Source of the DNA: Epiperipatus broadwayi
Lineage: Eukaryota; Animalia; Onychophora
Direction: 5' to 3'
DNA length: 64,000 nt
NCBI GenBank assembly: GCA_028023455.1
Contig: JAQFVV010000003.1
Location: 25,606,001 to 25,670,000, forward strand
Positions within the stretch are counted from its first letter, which is position 1. Every line of letters begins with the position of its first letter. The notes under the pieces are model-generated. The model saw only the letters and a list, made by a program, of their open reading frames with translations. It searched no databases and was not told where the DNA came from. The translations under genes were made by a program, and so were the position numbers. Below, piece by piece: positions 54,770-64,000 of this stretch.

Positions 54770-54830
54770 GCCTGGGAACTGATTCAAAAACTTGTATCTC
54801 CTGAATTTTCTAAATGACCACTGCACTAAA
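54770..54830 (-). mobile_element. Possible decayed tRNA-derived SINE head
   Basis: A-box-like TAGTGCAGTGG and B-box-like GTTTTTGAATC. Confidence 0.3.
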
Positions 54831-55913
54831 ATGTACATGTTAATAAATATAAAAACTTGTTTTACACTTTAGCAATTTTTTACTTTATTTGGATACTAGA
54901 TCTCATCTTGTCTTTCTATTTCAGGTTGTATTTATTTTAATAAGTAAACTACTATTTTCTATTTCATCTTTTCCAATTTTTATTGATTCCATTAAAAGTA
55001 TGAATTTACTAAATAAAATTAAACTTAAAAATAAAATATTAACTTCAAATAGAACAAATGTCTAGAAATGAACAGAAATAAATAGCCAAAATAAAAAGTT
55101 ATTTTTCAACAAATTAATATATTTCATACATATTTAAATAAAGAATAGCTTCAAATAATTAAAACTTATTAAGAAGAGGAATTTTTTATTTCCTGGTGAA
55201 ATCAGTAAATATTCAGTTGCCTAACTTTCTACTAACAATGTATTATTTTCCAATAAAATCTAAATATCACATATTTAATTAGAAACAAATATTTAATAAT
55301 TTACCAAAAATAATTAATAAAAAAATAAGCATTTTATATATAAACATTTCATTTTCACAATCTAAACAAAAATCATTGCAGTATGTGAGCATATGAATAG
55401 ACTCTCTTGTACTGTTTTTCAATGAGTTCAAACTATATTGTTATTTTTTTTATCCAAAATAGCTCCTAATATTTTAATTAGAATTAAAAAATCAGAAAAA
55501 GTCTCTTTTTTAATTAAATTTTCTCAAAATGGATTTCTACAATTAAAAGTATATACTCTTGACTGTTATGTTGATTGATGACTAGTGTAAATATTAACCA
55601 AGAAATTAAAAACTAGTTTTCTAATAAACATAATCCATATATGATAAACTAATTACATGGTGAACTGTCAAGAAAATCAACTGATGATATAGTACCTGTT
55701 TAGGAGTCTCAAGAGCCTTTTTACTGATTGTTTTCTGAAACAGGATTGTCAAAAGAGGATAATCATTATATTTTTAAAAACTCAGAAATGATGTTTTTTC
55801 TTTATAAATAAAATAATTTTGGAAGATTTTTAATAATTAAAGATCATAAGATAATGGCAAAAAATATCAAATTATTTCAACAGATTGCATCATGAGAGTT
55901 TTTGCATTCCTGA

Positions 55914-57030
55914 ATTCAAGCACAAGTGCATGTGGCGCAACTGCTCCCAAAAGCTGTAATACAAATAGCTAACTAAAAATATTAAAACAGCTGAGCGCTT
56001 TCAAAGGATCTTGCCTTCATAATCATAGCTTGCTTACGTTTAAATTTATGCAAATATGCTAATTCCATCTTTTTGATAGAGAAAAACACGTGTCCTTCCT
56101 GTTTATGGCATCGCTGTCGCGAGAGATAAATAAAGCCTCTTTGATCTTTCTTTTGAGGTCATGTCTCTCTCTACATACGATGGTAGGATTGTCCAGAATG
56201 CACTCATGGTGACTTGTGCACTGGTTCTGATAAAAAACTGAATAAGTAGAAGGATCATTGCGAGCTCTATTGTACGAATACCTGTGTTGTGCCAATCGTG
56301 TGGCCAGAGATGCCCTGCTTTCCCCATAATATGTGCCTTTGCAATAGTTATTTGGACAAGCAATGTTATATACTGTATGGAGGGTCTGTAACAGTGGAGT
56401 TTGATCTTTGGTATTGTTAATTAGATTGTTAGAATTTGGAGGGGTTCGAAAACAGAGCTGATATTTGTTGTTAAAGATGGAATGTAGTTTCTTGTGTAAA
56501 TTGGGTATGTATGGAAGTAATAACCTGGGTTTATCCTGTGTGGCGTGAGAGTTGAGAGGTTTATTCTGAATGTGTGAGATTTTTTTTGTCGATGATGGAT
56601 TGTCTGAAGCCTAAATTCAGTAGATCATTTCTATATTCTGCTACATTTGTTTTTGCATCTGCCTCGATTTTACACAACAATCTGTTTCTATGCAAAAAAG
56701 ATGCTAGACCCGATAATTTATGTGCTGTGGGTGTGTGAGATTGGGTGTGTGTATGGCATCTGATTTCCAGCGGTTTGATGGCCATGCTATAATGGCAGTG
56801 GTTATTTTCTCTTTTTATTTTGACATCAAGGTATTTGACTTGTTGGTGAGTGTCTTCAGTTGTGACATTAACAATTAGTGCTGTGTTGGCTTCTAATTCG
56901 GTTTTGATCTGTGTAATGATCTCGGGGGTGGCAGCAATGAACAGGTCATCCACATATCTAGTGTATGCTAGAAGGCATGGTATTACAGCTTTTGGGAGCA
57001 GTTGCGCCACACACGCACTTGTGCTTGAAT
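55914..57030 (-). mobile_element. 5'-truncated Penelope-like element (RT C-terminal half plus GIY-YIG endonuclease)
   Basis: YTRYVDDLF and VKYLDV (RT), LLLPYIP linker, VYNIACPNNYCKGTYYGESRASLATRLAQH ... RKIKEALFI (GIY-YIG). One frameshift near 56560. 49/51-bp inverted terminal duplication. Confidence 0.92.
55989..56030 (-). ncRNA. Degenerate minimal hammerhead motif just 3' of the GIY-YIG stop codon
   Basis: AGCT ATGATTA TG AAGG CAAGAT CCTT T GAAA GCGC TC AGCT: stem III palindrome AGCGCT. The core differs from CUGAUGA. Confidence 0.65.
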
Positions 57031-58579
57031 ACATACATTTCCCAAAAGTAAAATTATTTAACTTAATCGGATTCCTGAATTATAAATAACTTGAATTTCA
57101 AAACTTATTTTACAAATAAATAAATTTTAAACCTTGTTTGAAAATCACTTTTTTTTTAACAAAAACAATTTTCTCTAACTTTAATGTGGCTTTAAACTTG
57201 TCATTTGCAACACAATTTAATCATTTCTTTAGAATTTATAAAAATTAAATTAAATTTAAAATTCAGAGAAGTTCATAAAGCAAAACATGATCATATATGC
57301 AAATATATAATTCTGTTTCTCAAAACTGTATGGTGGATATACAAATTTACATAATTGAATGCATAATCAAAACTGAAATAAATGTTAAATTAAAAAATAA
57401 TAAAACAATTAAATGGACCCAGAGATTGTTATTTATAATTAACAAAACTACCAATAAAATTGAATTTATTTCCTCAATACAAGTAAATCATTGAAACAAA
57501 GACACAAAAATATATACAAGCTATATAATACTATCTTTGAGATGTTTTTATTAGCTACTTGAACAAAGTTACTAAATAATTCATTTAATTTTGTTAAATC
57601 TTCTTAAAAGTTATTGAATTTTCTCTAGAATATTTGATGAGATTAGGTTATAGTCAAAACATATATAATATGAGAGATCAATTTATTTGTTTGAAATACA
57701 AGAGATTATCCTCTTTATTTTAAAATATACAATTATTAATAATATCAAAATATTACATCGAAAGTACATTAAAGTTCATTTATTACACACATATTATATA
57801 CATATAGAGGTCACAGAGTATAATGGGTTCAAATCTAGACTCGATACAATGACATTTTTCCAAGCTTCAAACAAGTTTAAAATGTTATTTTACATAGCCA
57901 ACACATATCTGACCAAGATAGATATACAAAATGTTCACTAAATGGAATTAGCTAGAGAACAACAACAAAAAAAGGTTTTAAAAAACACTAAAGGTATCAC
58001 TAAAAAAATTATTGAAACTCTCACTACCTTGCATTTGATAAACCTAATAATGTCTTTTTTCATGTTCCCCCTTTGCAAAGAACTGTTTGAATAATGCTTT
58101 AAGTTTTTATATTAATACATATGAGATCTATATTCAGGGAAATCTGGTAATCAATGCAAAAAGACACAAACAAACGGTGATACATTTGATTGTCATTAAT
58201 AATAGTTTGCTCATTATGTAATTATAATTTGCATTATTATCTTATAATTAAAGCTACATTAAAAACTTATAAAATTAAGAGTTAACCATGGATGCCACTT
58301 AGAAGCCCATTATCTGATTATTTACAGTCTCAAGTCATGGAACCGTTTATAAAGACACATGATAAAACATGAAAATTCACCATTCACTTTTTTAGATTTG
58401 AAATAATTGAATAAATAAACAAAAATAAGAATCAGACAATTAAAAGATATTTCACAGATCTTTATTGCTGAAATATAGCTGGTAACATTTATACCTCCTA
58501 TTCCTCTCCCAGTTATGAATAACTATGTATCTATTTATCAAACAATATTTAAAAGTTTAAGAATCTTGTGTTATTGTTA

Positions 58580-58625
58580 TAGCACAGCTAGCTGACTTGC
58601 TTTCAATCTAGGTTTGAATCACAAC
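58580..58625 (+). mobile_element. Possible decayed tRNA-derived SINE head
   Basis: TAGCACAGCTAG ... GGTTTGAATCAC. Confidence 0.3.
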
Positions 58626-59059
58626 CAAGTATAAGTTGAAAATTAATATTTTAAGATTTAAAATTAATGCTTAAGATTTTATTTTTAAATAATTGTACCC
58701 TAGCCATGTCAATTTACTACCCATTATTGGCCAATTAATGGATATTTACATTACTTTATTTAAAGAATAAAAGAGTAATACAAATTAAACTTTCACCATA
58801 TAATAATTGCCAAATCCAATGGGTAATGATTTTTCCTAGTATTTATTTTATAGGAAAAGAGAGGTATTTATCATACAATCAGCTAGTTGAAGACTATTTA
58901 ATCTTTCTTCTTTGAGGTAAGGTACTTAAAAAAATTTAGATATACTGTACTTGAAAAAAATTCTGATTTTGATTGGAAAATCTTGTATTGCCAAAAATGC
59001 ACTAATTATGATGATATTAAACCTTTATAAAGAATAAAACGTGGATGGAGTGCTTTTGG

Positions 59060-59455
59060 TATAAATAATACAGTTCATACTTATGGATTGGATATTTAAG
59101 TACTCAAAAGAACAGCAATCCAAATATTTTACATCACTCAACAAAATATGGAGAGAGTTGTATTAGAGGTAACAAGAAGAAATTGAAAACCAAATACATA
59201 GATTAGAGAATAATAGATATCACTGACATTACTGAAAAAATTAAAAGACTGAAATAGTGTGGAACATATCGCTTGATGAGATGATAATCAAAAAATTGTA
59301 AAGCATCTAGAAAGAGAACATATAAAAATGGATGGATGAAATAAGGTTGTTTGTTGATGTGTTATAGAGAAGAGGGATTATAGATTGGAATAGTTAAATT
59401 GAACTTAGGGAGACTTTCAATCTATAGTGGAAAAATAATGGCTGAAAATGATAAA
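59060..59455 (+). mobile_element. RTE LINE 3' fragment, related to 4845-5250
   Basis: Matches the reverse complement of the RTE 3' end (atggagaga..., gaacttagggagactttcaatctatagtgga). Confidence 0.75.
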
Positions 59456-59647
59456 TAATTTGAATATAAATCTAAACCAAACATTTATTTTTCAAGCTTT
59501 AAATACCCTATTTTTTTTCTCTCTCTTTTAAAATCATAATCAAACCAGCTAACATCCAGTATTGCTTGGTAAATGGCTAATCTACTATACTATTATTAGC
59601 TAATGAGTAAAACAAGAACACAAAACTATTCAAACTTCCTTTACCGA

Positions 59648-59682
59648 TTAAACTACTAAACATCACATGATCACCATTTCTT
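59648..59682. mobile_element. Isolated 35-bp terminus of HH-C with a 15-bp TSD
   Basis: aactactaaacatcacatgatcaccattt matches 38342-38369. Flanks aacttcctttaccga (59633-59647) and aacttccattaccga (59683-59697). Confidence 0.8.
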
Positions 59683-60639
59683 AACTTCCATTACCGAATG
59701 ATTTTATAAGCCTAATTAATTATTATTGAAAAAGTCTTTGGTTTGCAAAATTAAAGACTATCATTTGCATGTATTCATAGAGCAAAGGTGATGTTATATT
59801 AAATTAATACAATAATAATAATTAAAACAATTACTGCAATTACTTGTTTTCGTACTGACTTAAGCAAACAATCATTCTCAAATGTTTAGTTCATCCATTA
59901 ACCACCAGAGTTTATCATAGATTTTATCACCAGCAAGATAAATTCTTTCAGAATATATTAAAATGACTAAATTATCCATTATGAAAATTAAATTCAGCAA
60001 TGTTAAGTCTGATCTATGATTGTACAAGTAAAATAAAATGTTCAGTTATTATTAGTAAATTTGTAAACAGCATTCACGTTAATAGTAATAAAGAATCTCA
60101 TATTTCTTTTATTTGACAAGGTTTAAAAGAAAACAAAACCCCTGTAGAATTCCATTTATTTACTGTTAGTGTTTTGCAGCTGAGAGATGACACTGAACAG
60201 ACATATTAAATTAATCAAATTTAATCACATAATCTTTCGCTTTTAAAATCAGATATTGTTTTGATTTTTTTAAACATTATACTGGAATATCTATTAAACA
60301 AAAGAAATTTATTTTCTCTATAAAAAACTAATATACTAATAGACATTTAATGAATAATGATTAACAAAATCCAGGTATGTTTTTACTATAGTAAGATTAT
60401 ATAAATAACATATATACTTACCAATCAATTTTATTTATATCTACTAAGTTTCACCTTAATTTTTAAGTGATCATATAAATGGCTTTTTAAAAAACGAAGT
60501 CATAAATTTCTATGCAAACCCTATTTCCCATCTCCCCAAACCCTTACATACCACAATAAATATGTATTTCTTACTTCTTATAGCATAATTATTTTTCCAG
60601 TATTATTTGATTCCCCCAGTACCATTTTAATAAAATGAT

Positions 60640-61740
60640 GTTTCCTTAGTTCCTTTATTTTATCCTTATTTTCTCTAAATATATAATAAAAATCCTAAAC
60701 AAAATATCTTGAAATCTCTGCCTCATTCATTGTTTACCTTTATATTTCTCACATTCTCCATACATTATCATGATTGTCTTACAATATTCTACATTCCAAA
60801 AATAAGTATTCAGTACTCTGATGTGATGTGTTTTTTACTGTGACTTCTCCTTATACGGAGTCAGGAATCTATCAGCAACTATGCCCAGAAAAATCTGTTA
60901 GCCACTTTACCTTCCCTTTTCATTCCCCACCCTAAGTTTTCTCATAATCTGCTCTATCCCATTTCCACAACATAATCTTTGTCAACTCCATGGCCTTCAT
61001 ATCAAAATCCCCCTTATCTTTTCCCAAACCCAGCATAAAAACCAATAGCCCACTTTCTGTATAATCACTTTGTTCATATTTATTCTTCCTTAACTTCATT
61101 ATTTGTACCTTTTCTGCTTTCAAGCATTTACATTGAATTAACAGATGCCTAATATTTTCTATGCTTTTCTTACACAACTTGCAGACTAAATCACCCATAT
61201 TTTCCCATTTATGTGTATATTCCCTTGTTGCTAAAGATCCCGTTCGAGCTTAACTCTCACCCAATGTTCCATTTACTTCTATATATACTTAAACTCTTTT
61301 TACTCTCCATACTAGTTCTTCATGTCTCCAACTCCCTATTCTTTATTAGTGCATCTATTCTTCCATTCCATTCCTTACCACTATAACACTCAACAATCCT
61401 CATAACACAATCATCCCAACCTTTTGTACAAGTACAGTATTATAAATTCTTTATCCAAATCTTCTGCATACTGCATTACCTTTCTCACCCATCTTGTTGC
61501 CTGCCCTTTACTCTTAACTCAATTAAATTCTATTTTGGCTATTCTTTTATTATTCATAAACTGCAACCTACCGAACATTTTCATTTTGCTTTTTACATCT
61601 CTCATATGAAAACTTGACAATCCCATTTCTCCTCGAATGGCCTCTTTTCTGTCCACACATCTGCATCTAAGCATGTCTTCCTACTTCCCTTTGTACTTTT
61701 TCTAAGTAACACAATACCCTTTTACTAACACATAATGCAT
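60640..61740 (-). mobile_element. Degenerate LINE 3' fragment with C-terminal CCHC motif (clade unresolved)
   Basis: ARTGSLATREYTHKWENMGDLVCKLCKKSIENIRHLLIQC. Confidence 0.75.
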
Positions 61741-61799
61741 CATTGCCATATGTTTTTTTTTAGTATTTTATTTAAACATGAAATGTTCTTTGTACACTG

Positions 61800-64000
61800 A
61801 AAGATTTACATTGTATTTAAAGCATACAGATTAAAAAAAAAGAGAGGTACACATTCTGCACAGTCCTGATATTCATGATGGGTTATACATTTGGAAACTC
61901 AATCTTTTCCCAAGTGTCTCTGTGTAACAGCTGAGGTGCAAGGGCTGAGTTTCTGACTTTAGCCTGTGTGAGTAGCTTGATGTAAATCTGAAGTGGAGTA
62001 TTTTTAAGATATCCAAACATTAATTTGCATCTGGTTAACCATAAGGTAAAGGTCAAGAAGATGGACAGTCTGATGGAGGTATAGGTTCCTTGTTTGATCA
62101 TGTTGTGAATTGATAGGACATCTCTGATATCTAGTGAAATGTTAATGATGAAGTTCCTGAATGGAGAGAAGGTGGAGCACGTGTATAATAGGTGGGCTGT
62201 GGTCTTATCAGCTGAGTGGCAGAGCTGGCACTGGGGTCCAATCTTTGAGAAACCCCTCCTGGCCACAAGAAAGCAACTGGTGGAAAGAGAATCCAGACTG
62301 AGCTTAAGAAGAAAGTCAATGTGCTTGGATTTAACATACCAATGATTCAACTTTTGGATCAAGGCTTTGTTGGAAAGCCCAATATGTTTTGGAGTTGATC
62401 TTTGTTAAACAGTCCAGAAAGACTTTTTAGCATCAAGGGCTAGTTGGCTGGGATTCATGGCTATACTGACTTGATTCAAGATCTCACCCATACATTTACT
62501 TGTACGTGGAGGTGGAGTATCAGTAGGGTCAACAACCTCTGGAAGATTAAAGTTTGGCAATTTTAAGCATGTTGAGCACAGAAGGAAAATGGATTTTTGG
62601 AGGTGGAGGGTGGAGACAGAGTGCAGACCAAGACCATTAAGCTCTTTAGGCATTTGAGCATGGCCATGCTAATAGCCACCACCTTGCCATTTCAAAAAAG
62701 TTTGAAACACAGAGAGTTCATTGATTTTTCGAAAAGCTTAGTGGGTTTGATGATGGGAAGGTAATAGGGCAGTCTAGAATAAACCAGTGTATTTAATAAT
62801 GTAACTTTGCCAATGAGTGATAAGGAGATCTTGGCAAGCGATGAAACTATTTTCTTTGTTTTAATCAGTATTATGTTCTGAATCGCCTTTGTCATCGCCA
62901 GCCTCGATAATGCAATTGGAAAGCCCAAAAAAGGGAGGGGTTTGGAAGAGAACACTGAAGGGATTGGTTGTCCTGTTTTAATGTTCCACATTGATGATTT
63001 TACAAAGTTAATTTGAAGGTTTAATCTGTTAGCATGTGTATTTATAAGTTGGAGGAAGGCAGGAAGATGAGTAAGATCAGGAAGAGAGACTGAAATATCA
63101 TCCACATAGAAAATGTGATGTACTGTTTGTTTTAAGCTTGGAACATAGATTCTTGGAAGCTTGGCTTCAATCTGTTTAAGCAATGGATTCAAATATGTTA
63201 TAAAACACAGGGTGGCAAGCGAAGATCCTTGTGGAATTGACAAATGTGGTCTGAAACCTTCGGTTAGCTTTCCATCTAGTGAAGTGAAGAGTGACCTATT
63301 GAGAATGAGATTTCCTATTATACAGATGAAGACATCTGGAACAATATAATCCTGGAGGGTTTGAAGCAGAATTGAGGGAACCACTGCATCAGAAGCAGAG
63401 GAAAAATCTAGCTGAATTAATGTAAGTTTAGCTTTCCTGTGAGTCCTGACATGTTCAATAAGTAGAAGAAAGCGTTATACTACATCAATGGTTGATAATC
63501 CCTTGCGAGCAAATTGGAAGTGGGAAATGTGTTTAAGCAGCCAGTCTTGACTTGAGTCCTTTACTATGGACTCTATGGTTTTAATAAGTAAAGGAATCAT
63601 AGAAATTGGCCTAATGTTAGTTAATTCAGATGGATTTATATGCTTTTTTAGAAAGGGGGCCATCACCATTAGAAAGGGGACCATCACCACTGGATAGAGA
63701 TCCAGGATATTTTGGAAATCTCCAGCTAGCACATCAATGAGCTGTTAGACTATGGGTGCAGTAAAGTGAGATAGATGTAAGAGTACAAATCTAGGGATGC
63801 CATGAATTCCCGGATGTATACTCTCTGGATATGCTTTTAGCTTTTGGATGATTTTTGCTTCTGTGATGTTATGAGAGGAACGAGTCTCAGTCTTCCTCCA
63901 AATGTGTCCTATTTCAAAATATTTCATCTGTAATTTGGATTTGAAGTGCTTGTGGATTTCTTCAAGCATGGAAGAACCATTTCCATATGTTAACCCTGCT
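61800..64000 (-). mobile_element. L1/Tx1-like LINE ORF2 (RT plus CCHC), runs off the window end
   Basis: NIRPISMIPLLIKTIE, LIQLDFSSA, PQGSSLA, FYVDD, LSLIGKVTLLN, PKELNGLGL, CQLCHSADKTTAHLLYTC. Several stops. Confidence 0.92.

Overview
A very AT-rich eukaryotic (probably invertebrate) intergenic or intronic window. I could not support any host protein-coding gene, rRNA, intact tRNA or CRISPR array. It is a transposon graveyard: degenerate RTE, CR1/Jockey-group and L1/Tx1-like LINEs (one apparently full length), a hAT transposase relic, a truncated Penelope-like element (RT plus GIY-YIG), a short tRNA-Gly-like SINE, several fold-back palindromes and microsatellites. The most striking signal is invisible in the ORF track. 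At least eight minimal type I hammerhead ribozyme motifs with a loop-less palindromic stem III occur in four unrelated short non-coding repeat contexts and at the 3' end of the Penelope-like element. These short units show circular permutation, head-to-tail tandem arrangement, inverted terminal duplication and target-site duplications. That suggests non-autonomous retrozyme/pLTR-like elements mobilised by a Penelope-like enzyme. All alignments and folds were done by eye, so boundaries of old elements are approximate.
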